A DNA stretch of 64,000 bases from Candidatus Buchananbacteria bacterium (GTDB taxonomy: Bacteria; Patescibacteriota; Patescibacteriia; Buchananbacterales; UBA6539), in NCBI GenBank assembly GCA_013359225.1, contig JABWCG010000001.1, forward strand, positions 206,362 through 270,361, read 5' to 3'. This document shows positions 9,225-17,901 of the stretch, one piece after another (position 1 is the stretch's first letter; every line of letters starts with the position of its first letter). The position numbers and the translations under genes are program-made. A model generated the notes under the pieces. That model was not told the origin of the DNA. It saw only the letters and a list, made by a program, of their open reading frames with translations, and searched no databases.

Positions 9225-10325
9225 ATGGCCAAAAATTATTATGACATTTTAGGAGTCAGTAAAAGCTCAACACAGGAGGAAATTAAAAAGGCGTATTATA
9301 AGCTGGCTCATAAACACCATCCGCACAAGGGCGGCGACGAGCAGAAGATGAAAGAAATCAACGAGGCGTATGGTGTTTTAGGTAACGCCGAGAAGCGTTC
9401 GCAGTACGACAAGTTTGGTTCGACTTTTCAACAGGGTTCTGGTGCCGGCGGGTTTGGCGGTTTTCAGGATTTTTCGGATTTTGCCCAGGCTTTTCGAGGT
9501 AGCGCCGGCAATAACGCCGGTGCGAATTTTTCTTTTGATTTTGGCGACTTAGGTGATATTTTTGGTGATTTTTTCGGCGGCGGTCGGGGACAAGGCCGCT
9601 CACAAAGCCGTAATCGGGGCAGTGATATTGAAGCTCAAATTACTATTGAGTTCACTGAAGCAGTTTTTGGAACGGAAAAGAATATCAGCTTAACTAAAGA
9701 TGCAACTTGCCAGGCATGCACCGGTACTGGCGCACAGGCCGGCTCAAAGGTGTTGACCTGTTCAACTTGTCATGGTACCGGCCAGGTAGTGCGAAATGTT
9801 GGTTTTGGCATTGGCATGCCTAGTGTCTGTCCCGATTGTCGGGGGGAAGGAAAAAAAGTTGAACAAGAGTGTCAGGTGTGTCGTGGCGCTGGAGTGGTGA
9901 AAAAATCAGAAAATATTAAAGTAAAAATTCCGGCCGGCATTGATGATGGTCAGGCCATCAGATTGGCCGGGTATGGCGCTGCCGGAAGGCGTGGCGCACA
10001 GGCCGGGGACTTATATTTGAAGGTTAAGGTAACTCCAAATAAAAGTTTACAGCGAGATGGATATGATATTAAAACGGTTGCTGAAATTTCTTTTAAGCAA
10101 GCTGCATTAGGAGATAAAATTGACGTTATAACTGTTGACGGCGTGGTAAAGTTAAAAATTCCCGAAGGAACTCAAAGCGGTAAGGTATTTATTATTAAGG
10201 GCAGGGGGGTGCCGCACTTGCAGGGCCGTAACCGAGGGGATCATTTGGTTGAGGTAATTGTTAAAACGCCGACTAAGCTAAGCCGGCAACAACGAAAACA
10301 GATTGAAGCATTGGACTTGGATTAA
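9225..10325 (+). CDS. dnaJ: Chaperone DnaJ, class A, with non-canonical HPH motif
   Basis: J domain, G/F region, four CxxCxGxG motifs, C-terminal domains; motif reads HPHK. Confidence 0.97.
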   Translation: MAKNYYDILGVSKSSTQEEIKKAYYKLAHKHHPHKGGDEQKMKEINEAYGVLGNAEKRSQYDKFGSTFQQGSGAGGFGGFQDFSDFAQAFRGSAGNNAGANFSFDFGDLGDIFGDFFGGGRGQGRSQSRNRGSDIEAQITIEFTEAVFGTEKNISLTKDATCQACTGTGAQAGSKVLTCSTCHGTGQVVRNVGFGIGMPSVCPDCRGEGKKVEQECQVCRGAGVVKKSENIKVKIPAGIDDGQAIRLAGYGAAGRRGAQAGDLYLKVKVTPNKSLQRDGYDIKTVAEISFKQAALGDKIDVITVDGVVKLKIPEGTQSGKVFIIKGRGVPHLQGRNRGDHLVEVIVKTPTKLSRQQRKQIEALDLD

Positions 10326-10410
10326 AAAATGGGGTTAAGGCTAGCCCCGTTTTTTAATTATCAATCCATTTATTCTTGTTTTAAAAAGATGCTATACTTA
10401 ATAGGTAAGT

Positions 10411-11034
10411 ATGATTTCAGAAATCGCAACAACTACCATTAATGAGGTGATGGATTTTGCTTCAGCACCTCAAACTCAAGAGGCAGTGGCACAAGCAAAA
10501 GTCGGCAGTCATGATTTATGGTTGGCATTTTTAAATATTGATTGGTCGGCGCCGAGCTGGGATATTATTATCCTGCTATTTTTTTTGGTGAGTGTTTTGA
10601 TTTATGGCTTTGCTCTGGGACGTAACCGCGTAGTGGCAATTTTAATCAGTACGTATCTATCGTTAGCGGTAACAACTAATTTGCCGTTTATGGATAAGCT
10701 GACTGAAATCATCAACCGCTATGTAACGTTTACGTTTCAGGTTTCTTCATTTTTGATTGTTTTTATTTTATTATTTTTTCTCTTGACCAGGGGAAGTCTG
10801 CTGCAAAAATACGCCAGTCTCGGCGGCAGCTGGTGGCAGGTTATTATTTTTTCGTTATTGCAGGTTGGCTTATTAACCAGCATTATTCTTTCTTTTTTGC
10901 CGTCAGAAGCATATAGTAATTTATCTGAATTTACTAAGACTGTTTTTATTTCAGACGTCGGAAAATTTTGTTGGATTATCCTGCCGATTTCCGGATTAAT
11001 TTTCTTTAAGGGTGATTTAGATCAATTAGCTTAA
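10411..11034 (+). CDS. Hypothetical polytopic membrane protein
   Basis: About 5 hydrophobic segments. Confidence 0.7.
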   Translation: MISEIATTTINEVMDFASAPQTQEAVAQAKVGSHDLWLAFLNIDWSAPSWDIIILLFFLVSVLIYGFALGRNRVVAILISTYLSLAVTTNLPFMDKLTEIINRYVTFTFQVSSFLIVFILLFFLLTRGSLLQKYASLGGSWWQVIIFSLLQVGLLTSIILSFLPSEAYSNLSEFTKTVFISDVGKFCWIILPISGLIFFKGDLDQLA

Positions 11035-11088
11035 GTTTTTTACTAAAACAAGCCATTTTTAACGCAGGCTTGTTTATTTTTTTTGCAC

Positions 11089-11117
11089 TTGACAAATTTG
11101 AGCAATTAGGTTAAAAT
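11089..11117 (+). promoter_or_regulatory. sigma70-type promoter of the GC-rich lipoprotein gene
   Basis: TTGACA-17-TAAAAT. Confidence 0.7.
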
Positions 11118-11355
11118 GTGGGACTGGCTCACCATGGGTCCAGTTTGTGTTTGCACCTTATAATTTGGGTTATTGATAACAACGAAAAACGACACCAAAG
11201 GAGTGTCACAACAAGAGGAGATGTGCCTATAAGGAGAGCAGGGAAGCTTTGGCAGGACAAGTGCGTAAGGAACATTTCTTGAGCCGCGCGGCTTGAGAGA
11301 TGAGTGTCGAACAACGTGAAACCGAAACGGAAACGAATGAAGAGGAGTGAAACGA

Positions 11356-14300
11356 ATGAACACGATGGTTCGCAACATGATGGTGTGCGTCATGGCGGCG
11401 CTGGTGGTGCTGTTGACCTCCGGCTGCCCGATGACGCCCGATCCGCCCAACCAGCCGACGCAACCGACGTTCGACGTTCGGACCCGGCTGATTGAAGGCA
11501 AAGCCGAAGTAGTGGTCCGCAACACGGACACGCGACAGGTCAGCATTCAGATTCTGGTCCAGGATGACCGTACCGGCGACTACTTTCCCGCGTACGACGA
11601 AACCGGCGACCAGCTCCTGCGCAGCATCATGCAGCCGGGAGTCCAAACCACCGTAACTGGACAGCTTGTTAACCGCACGTATGAAGGTCACCCCGTGATC
11701 GACATCGGCGGCGGCGGAGTTCACAGTTACTGGTGGTGGGATCCGTATGCGCCGCTGTATCTCTACCCGGTTCCGCCCAGCATAAGCGTGGACTGGGAGA
11801 CATACGTGACTGACGAGGAGATCACCATCACCGAAACGACGTTTGTTGACGGTGAAGGGGCGTACTTGGGCGCACAATTCGTGTTGCCCGAAGCCGGACG
11901 CTACATGGTTCGGGTCACTGGTTTTAACGAGCAGAACGTTGAGTTCAAGCCGTTTGAAACCGTGTTGCCTGACTACGATGGAACAACGCCGGACCCGGAT
12001 CCCGAAGACACCGCCGACCTGGAAGTCCTGTACTTCAGCAATTACGGAGACGTCAACGGGTACGTCTATGGCATCGTCCATGGCGTGAATCCGTCGACCC
12101 ACTCCGTCGCGTGCTACATCAACGTCGACTCAATGTGGTGGCCCAAGCCGGATTTCGGCAACGGCGCCTTGACCCCGTTGGAAAATGGCGGTTACTTTGA
12201 GACCGACATTACCACGGGCGGCGACGATCAGCGCGCAACGTTGATCTACTTGGCTGTGGTGCCAAACGGTACGCAAGTGCCGCAGGCGCCCAGCCTTGAC
12301 CAGCCCTACATTCCGGAAGCGCTCACCAGCAAGCTATTGGTGCGTAATCCCGGACCGGTTGAAGGCGGACCTGGCGTGATTGATTTCACTGAAGTGCCCT
12401 ACTACAAGGATCCTGACGGGGTGCTTCGCGGTACGGTTTCAGGAGTCAATTTCGCTGACTATCAAGTCGCTGTCTACATCCTTGTCGAGGGAGTCTGGTG
12501 GCAAAAGCCGGACTGCACCCTCGTCGACATCATGAGCAATGGTTCCTGGTCGGCTGACGTGACCGTGGTGCCAAGCGACGCGAACGCAACGCAGTTCGCC
12601 GCGTTTCTCGTCCCGCGGGGTACTTCAGTACCCTGCACGGTGTATCCGACCAAGAGCAAATCCTTGGTGGCTGGTATTGATATCCCGGGCGCGGTTGATT
12701 ACGTCATCGTGAACCGGGTACCGCATATCGGCCTGACCAAAATTCCGGCCTACGAAGACACGGTCGGTGACCTGCGCGGTATCGTGGAAGCGCTCGACCC
12801 GACGCAGTACGATATCCATACCTTTATCCGGGTTCCCGGTGAAGGCTGGATTGCGAAGCCGGGCTTTGCGCCTGACGACGCGACGGTTGTTGCCGCTGAC
12901 GGTACGTGGTCGTGTGACATCGTTACCGGATTGCCGGGGCAGACCAACGATCATCGGGCAACTGAGATCTGGGTTTTGCTGTTTGGCAAGGGTGTTGAAG
13001 TAACGCCGTGCGGAGACGCTGTTTGTAGCGACCTGAATATCGACACGGTGGTGAACAACGCCAGTGCTGGGATCTGGGTGAATCGTCGTCCGGGAGCGGA
13101 AGATGAAGAACCTATTATCACCATCATCGGCGCAAACCCGGTCACTTTGGCAGTTGGCAGCGGGCCGTATACCGATTTGGGCGCTACGGCGTTTGATACG
13201 GAAGACGGCGACCTGTCGGCAGAAATCGTTACCACCAATGACGTCAACACGTCGGCGGTGGGAACGTATCACGTGAATTACAGCGTGACGGACAGTGCGA
13301 GCCACACGGTGAACGCTTCCCGAACGGTTCACGTGGTGGATACCGTCGGTCCGGTAATTACCGTTTTGGGCGCAAACCCGCTGCACGTGCAGCAGGGAAG
13401 CGGCCCGTATGTTGATCCAGGCGCCACGGCGTTTGACAACTACAACGGTGACATCACCGGCAGCATTGTGAAGACCGGTTCGGTCGACACGAACACTCCC
13501 GGTACCTACACCATTAACTACAGCGTGCAAGACAGCTCCGGCAACTCTGCCAGCGCTTCGCGCACGGTAGTGGTGGATGAGGTGGTCGAGGATCAACCCC
13601 CGGTCATTACGATCTTGGGGTCAAATCCTCATACCGTCCAAGTCTTGAGCGGCCCGTATCCGGAATCCGGTGCGACCGCCCTTGACCCGGAAGATGGGGA
13701 CATCTCGAACCTGATCGGAACCGTGTCCACGGTGGACATGACGACGATCGGTACGTACAACGTGACCTATTCGGTCACAGACAGCGGCGGCCACCCGGTC
13801 CAAGCGGTGAAAGTCGTTTACGTTGTCGACACGGTGGCGCCGGTTGTTGATCCGATTCCGGACCAGTTCCGTTTGGCGCTGGCATCGGGCGACCTTGATC
13901 TCGGTAACTATGGCTACGACGCGTACGACGAGAACGCGACGTGGTCCATCGTACCCGGATACGACACCAACCTGATTTCGGTGAGCTTGTCGGGAACGAT
14001 CCTGACGATCACCGGGAAAAACGTCGGTGGTACAACCGTACTCACCGTGAAACTGACCGATGGCAGTGGAAATTTCACCACGGCCGACATCAACGTCACG
14101 GTTAGCCCCTGCCAAACGGCATTTATCCAGATTACCGCCGAACCCGGCAGTATTGATGGATTTCCGAATGCGGTGGCCGGCGAAGTGTGCGGCGTCGATC
14201 CGTCAACGCATAAAGTAGTTCTGTACGTTCGCGTGCACGATGCGGTGAGCGGTAACGATTACGCTTGGGTAAAGCCGAACTTCGGGGCCGAGAAATACAC

Positions 14301-14505
14301 GGCCATCAATCCGGACGGCACCTGGGAGTCGTCGGTCGCTCCTGACGCCAATACCTGGAAAGAGGTGCGGGCGTACTTGGTTGAAGATGGTACTTCGATG
14401 CCCGACGCTGGGTCAAGTGGTCCAATGCTGTGGAGCGATTTCCTTGGGTTAAACCTGGAAAACACTTCCGGTGTGCTCGGCCTCGCCTTTGTCACCAACG
14501 GGTGA
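11356..14505 (+). CDS. Large GC-rich surface lipoprotein with three DUF5011/Ig-like repeats and four copies of a WxxKP-type domain
   Basis: Lipobox LTSG-C; repeats P.ITI.G.NP...GATA.D.EDGD...G.Y...YSV.DS; SD GAGGAG 8 nt before ATG 11356 (alternative GTG 11347). Confidence 0.85.
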   Translation: MNTMVRNMMVCVMAALVVLLTSGCPMTPDPPNQPTQPTFDVRTRLIEGKAEVVVRNTDTRQVSIQILVQDDRTGDYFPAYDETGDQLLRSIMQPGVQTTVTGQLVNRTYEGHPVIDIGGGGVHSYWWWDPYAPLYLYPVPPSISVDWETYVTDEEITITETTFVDGEGAYLGAQFVLPEAGRYMVRVTGFNEQNVEFKPFETVLPDYDGTTPDPDPEDTADLEVLYFSNYGDVNGYVYGIVHGVNPSTHSVACYINVDSMWWPKPDFGNGALTPLENGGYFETDITTGGDDQRATLIYLAVVPNGTQVPQAPSLDQPYIPEALTSKLLVRNPGPVEGGPGVIDFTEVPYYKDPDGVLRGTVSGVNFADYQVAVYILVEGVWWQKPDCTLVDIMSNGSWSADVTVVPSDANATQFAAFLVPRGTSVPCTVYPTKSKSLVAGIDIPGAVDYVIVNRVPHIGLTKIPAYEDTVGDLRGIVEALDPTQYDIHTFIRVPGEGWIAKPGFAPDDATVVAADGTWSCDIVTGLPGQTNDHRATEIWVLLFGKGVEVTPCGDAVCSDLNIDTVVNNASAGIWVNRRPGAEDEEPIITIIGANPVTLAVGSGPYTDLGATAFDTEDGDLSAEIVTTNDVNTSAVGTYHVNYSVTDSASHTVNASRTVHVVDTVGPVITVLGANPLHVQQGSGPYVDPGATAFDNYNGDITGSIVKTGSVDTNTPGTYTINYSVQDSSGNSASASRTVVVDEVVEDQPPVITILGSNPHTVQVLSGPYPESGATALDPEDGDISNLIGTVSTVDMTTIGTYNVTYSVTDSGGHPVQAVKVVYVVDTVAPVVDPIPDQFRLALASGDLDLGNYGYDAYDENATWSIVPGYDTNLISVSLSGTILTITGKNVGGTTVLTVKLTDGSGNFTTADINVTVSPCQTAFIQITAEPGSIDGFPNAVAGEVCGVDPSTHKVVLYVRVHDAVSGNDYAWVKPNFGAEKYTAINPDGTWESSVAPDANTWKEVRAYLVEDGTSMPDAGSSGPMLWSDFLGLNLENTSGVLGLAFVTNG

Positions 14506-14551
14506 CAATCAATAACCAAACCAACACTCGACTTTAGGGGAGAGTGACAAC

Positions 14552-14602
14552 GCCCTCGCAAGTACTGTTCAACAAGAACGGGAAAGCGAGGGCTCTTTTT
14601 TT
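14552..14602 (+). terminator. Intrinsic terminator with inner helix
   Basis: GCCCTCGC/GCGAGGGC stem followed by TCTTTTTTT. Confidence 0.75.
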
Positions 14603-14833
14603 AAGTTAATTTTTTAAATCATCTACAACTATTTAAGTCTTTGGGGTGTGGGGCGGTATTAAGCCCTAGAACAAATAGTCAAAGTTAGATTGGCGTTAAA
14701 GGCGCATTACCGTCCCACGCTTTTTGGATACTTTTTCTAAAAAAGTATCGTAAAAAATAGCATAGCTCTAGTTATTTAATCTCGCAGTATTGACAAAAAC
14801 TCTAAAATATGATTTAATTTAAGTGGTAATTAA

Positions 14834-16747
14834 ATGTCTAAAAACATGAAGAAATTACTAAAAAAAATTAAGGATTTATCTATTAACCGTCACCAAATTG
14901 ACACGGATCGTGACGGTCTTTCTGATTATGATGAAATCAATATCTATCATACCAATCCATATAATCCGGATACGGATAAAGACGGGATTCCGGACGGTGA
15001 AGAAATTCGTCGCGGCCGCAATCCGCTCGGACCCGGTACGTTGAAAGATTTATTTATTCCTTATGCTGGTAACAATTATCAGCCGCATATTTTATTGCCG
15101 CGTCGGGTGTTGTTTTATGCTGTTGCTGCCACGGTTACTAAAGTGATTATTGCCGGGTTAGTTGTGTTGTTTCCGGCCGGCGCTTGGTTAACGCCCGATT
15201 TGATGATTCAAGAAAGTAAGCGGGTGATTGAGTTAACTAACCAAATCAGACAGCGCCAATCAGTCCCGGCTTTAAAGGAAAGTTCGTTATTAACCCAGGC
15301 GGCGTTTGATAAATCTCAGGATATGCTTATCCAACAGTATTTCGCTCACGTCGGTCCTGATGGCTTGGATTTAAGCGATTGGATTAAGGGAACCGGGTAT
15401 CGTTATTTGGTGGCTGGTGAAAATTTAGCGATGGGGTTTGCCAGCGCTGATGAAGTTGTTACTGCTTGGACAAAAAGCCGGACTCACTACGCCAATTTGA
15501 TTGACACAGACTATGAGGAAATTGGTGTTGGAATGGCTTCTGGTATGTATAGCGGTGTTGATACGACGATGGTTGCTCAGTATTTTGCTTTAGCTTCCGG
15601 TCCGGCGGTTGCCGTTGAAGAGCCGAAATCCCAAGTTGTTGAGGCAGTGGTTCCAACCCCGAGCCCAGAACCGGTTGTGGCAGCAGTAAATCAGCCGCAG
15701 GAAGTTTTACCGGAAAAAGTTGAAGAACCGGCTCCTGTACCAACCCCAGCTCCAACTCCTGAACCCACGCCAGTGGTGACTAAACCAACCCCGGCTCCTG
15801 CACCGACACCAGTGGTAGTTGAAAAACCTAAACCAATCCCAGCTCCAACTCCAGTAGTAACCAAGCCAGTACCAACCGCCATTCCAACTCCGAGCCCAGA
15901 ACCGGTTGTTACACCTGAGCCACAGGTAGTTGTTAAGCCGGTTTTAGCTAATCCTAAATTTGTTATGTATCCGACGCAGGACGTCTCCGAACAAAATCAG
16001 GTTCTCGTTGTGGCGTATGCGCCAACAGCTGAACGCTTGATGATTTTAGATAACGGCAATAAGATTGCGGAAAAAACAAGTTTACAGAGTGAATTTTTTG
16101 ACTTTGCGTTGCAACTTGAGCCTGGATCTCATACATTAGTCGCTAAGTCCTTTAAAGGTGATTTAGAGGCAGTTTCGCAAACACTGACGTTAACGGTTAA
16201 CGACAGCGTTCCGGGCGCTGATTTGGAAAACAGCGAGATGGTGATTTCTCAACCTTCAAGTGGTAACGATAAAATTATAATGGCACGAATGTACTTGAGC
16301 ACCGACGCCAAAGAAGCCCAGATTACTTTTGATAATTATCGTATTGAATTGACGAAGGAAGACGAAATTAAAGATGGCTTTAATCTTTGGACTGGAGAGT
16401 TGATTGTATTCGGATCAGACGGCAAAGATATATTTAATACAGTGACGTTGCCGGTGTTATCAATCACTGATGTAAGCGGCAACGAATCAGTGCAGGATAT
16501 TAGTTGGGAGCATATCGTACCGTCAAGCCCCTCACTGACCAGACAATATTTATTTATGAAGTCCTACCCCTTGAAACAAGTTGATTTATTGTTTGATATT
16601 TCCGGTTGGTATTACCGCATCATTCTAGTAATTGCCGTTGTTGCCCTATTGTTGAATATCTTTATTGAAATTAAGAAACAGTATCCTCATGTTATTGCCT
16701 CGACTCTTGGATTGATCTCATTGATGGTAATCTTTATCGTAGTGTAA
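14834..16747 (+). CDS. CAP (SCP) domain surface protein with DxDxDG repeats and Pro/Thr-rich linker
   Basis: DTDRDGLSD and DTDKDGIPD; CAP motifs YFAH, AGENLA, HYANL; PTPAP repeats; C-terminal TM helices. Confidence 0.85.
   Translation: MSKNMKKLLKKIKDLSINRHQIDTDRDGLSDYDEINIYHTNPYNPDTDKDGIPDGEEIRRGRNPLGPGTLKDLFIPYAGNNYQPHILLPRRVLFYAVAATVTKVIIAGLVVLFPAGAWLTPDLMIQESKRVIELTNQIRQRQSVPALKESSLLTQAAFDKSQDMLIQQYFAHVGPDGLDLSDWIKGTGYRYLVAGENLAMGFASADEVVTAWTKSRTHYANLIDTDYEEIGVGMASGMYSGVDTTMVAQYFALASGPAVAVEEPKSQVVEAVVPTPSPEPVVAAVNQPQEVLPEKVEEPAPVPTPAPTPEPTPVVTKPTPAPAPTPVVVEKPKPIPAPTPVVTKPVPTAIPTPSPEPVVTPEPQVVVKPVLANPKFVMYPTQDVSEQNQVLVVAYAPTAERLMILDNGNKIAEKTSLQSEFFDFALQLEPGSHTLVAKSFKGDLEAVSQTLTLTVNDSVPGADLENSEMVISQPSSGNDKIIMARMYLSTDAKEAQITFDNYRIELTKEDEIKDGFNLWTGELIVFGSDGKDIFNTVTLPVLSITDVSGNESVQDISWEHIVPSSPSLTRQYLFMKSYPLKQVDLLFDISGWYYRIILVIAVVALLLNIFIEIKKQYPHVIASTLGLISLMVIFIVV
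15650..15930 (+). repeat. Imperfect coding repeats of the Pro/Thr linker
   Basis: CCAAC(C/T)CCGAGCCCAGAACCGGTTGT occurs twice; CCCAGCTCCAACTCC occurs twice. Confidence 0.7.
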
Positions 16748-16854
16748 AACCTAGCCGAGCAAGGAGGGGGAGACATACGGTGTTTATACAATATTAATTT
16801 ATCTAAAACAAAAATCCCCACTGCTGACCTTGGCAAGGGGTTTTTGTGTAGGTA

Positions 16855-16883
16855 TTGACATTTTTTTAATTTATATGTATAAT
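16855..16883 (+). promoter_or_regulatory. Consensus sigma70 promoter of the glycosyltransferase operon
   Basis: TTGACA-17-TATAAT. Confidence 0.8.
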
Positions 16884-16940
16884 AATTGGTTAAAAATAAG
16901 TTATATTTAATGACTAAATATTGCTTAAATAAGCATAAAT

Positions 16941-17897
16941 ATGGCTAAACTAATTTCTGTCATTATTCCGGTTAATAACGAAGAGGCTAACATCCCTTTG
17001 ATTTATCAGGCGGTAAAAGACCAGCTGATCAAATTGGGTAGTGATTTTGATTATGAAATAATTTTTGTGGATGATGGCAGTACTGATAAAAGCAATTTTG
17101 CAGTTACCCGACTATGCGATGCTGATCCAAAAGTTAAATTAATTGAATTTTCCCGTAACTTCGGTAAAGAGGTTGCGACCACTGCTGGGTTGCATGAAGC
17201 ATCCGGAGATGCAGCAATTATTATTGATGCTGATCTGCAACATCCGGCGTCGTTAATTCCGGATTTCGTAGCTCGCTGGACTCAGGGATTTGATATGGTT
17301 GTTGGCGTTCGAAATAATAATGAATCAGAAAGTGTCATTAAACGTTTAGGTTCGGTGGCCTTTTACAAGGCAATGAAGCTGATTGGCGAAACCAAATTGG
17401 CAAGCCGGACCACCGATTACCGAATTATTGATCGTAAGGTGATTGATGAATTCAAACGTTTTACTGAGCATAACCGAATTACCCGGGGTTTACTTGATTG
17501 GCTTGGCTTTAAGAAAGAGTATATTTACTTTACGGCCCTCACTCGCCAACACGGTAAGCCGTCATATTCAAAAATCAAATTAGTAAAATTGGCACTTTCA
17601 ACATTTGTCTCACATAGTTTATTCCCGTTAAAATTTGCGGGCTATCTTGGTATTATTATTGTTTCATTTTCTGGGCCGCTTGGTTTATTTATTTTTATTG
17701 ATAAATATATTTTGGATGACGCGACCGGCTTTAATTTTTCCGGCCCGGCCATTTTGGCGCTAATTAATATGTTTTTTACCGGTATTATTTTAAGTTCGCT
17801 TGGTTTAATCGCTTTGTATATCGCCGACATTCAAAGCGAAGTGACAAACCGGCCGATGTATGTAGTGCGGTCTCGTAAAAATTTGAAACAGCAATAA
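16941..17897 (+). CDS. GT2 polyprenol-phosphate glycosyltransferase (GtrB/DPM-like)
   Basis: VDDGSTD, FSRNFGKE, DADLQHP, two C-terminal TM helices, RPMYVV. Confidence 0.9.
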   Translation: MAKLISVIIPVNNEEANIPLIYQAVKDQLIKLGSDFDYEIIFVDDGSTDKSNFAVTRLCDADPKVKLIEFSRNFGKEVATTAGLHEASGDAAIIIDADLQHPASLIPDFVARWTQGFDMVVGVRNNNESESVIKRLGSVAFYKAMKLIGETKLASRTTDYRIIDRKVIDEFKRFTEHNRITRGLLDWLGFKKEYIYFTALTRQHGKPSYSKIKLVKLALSTFVSHSLFPLKFAGYLGIIIVSFSGPLGLFIFIDKYILDDATGFNFSGPAILALINMFFTGIILSSLGLIALYIADIQSEVTNRPMYVVRSRKNLKQQ

Positions 17898-17901
17898 ACC
17901 T

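Noticed and set aside
11106-14561. Long antisense ORFs (291, 323, 164 aa and others) over the lipoprotein gene
   Set aside because: Shadow frames expected from GC-rich codon bias; promoter, SD, lipobox and terminator all support the plus strand.
15650-15930. Repeats as a CRISPR array or DGR template/variable pair
   Set aside because: In-frame, irregular Pro/Thr coding repeats; no spacers, cas or RT genes.
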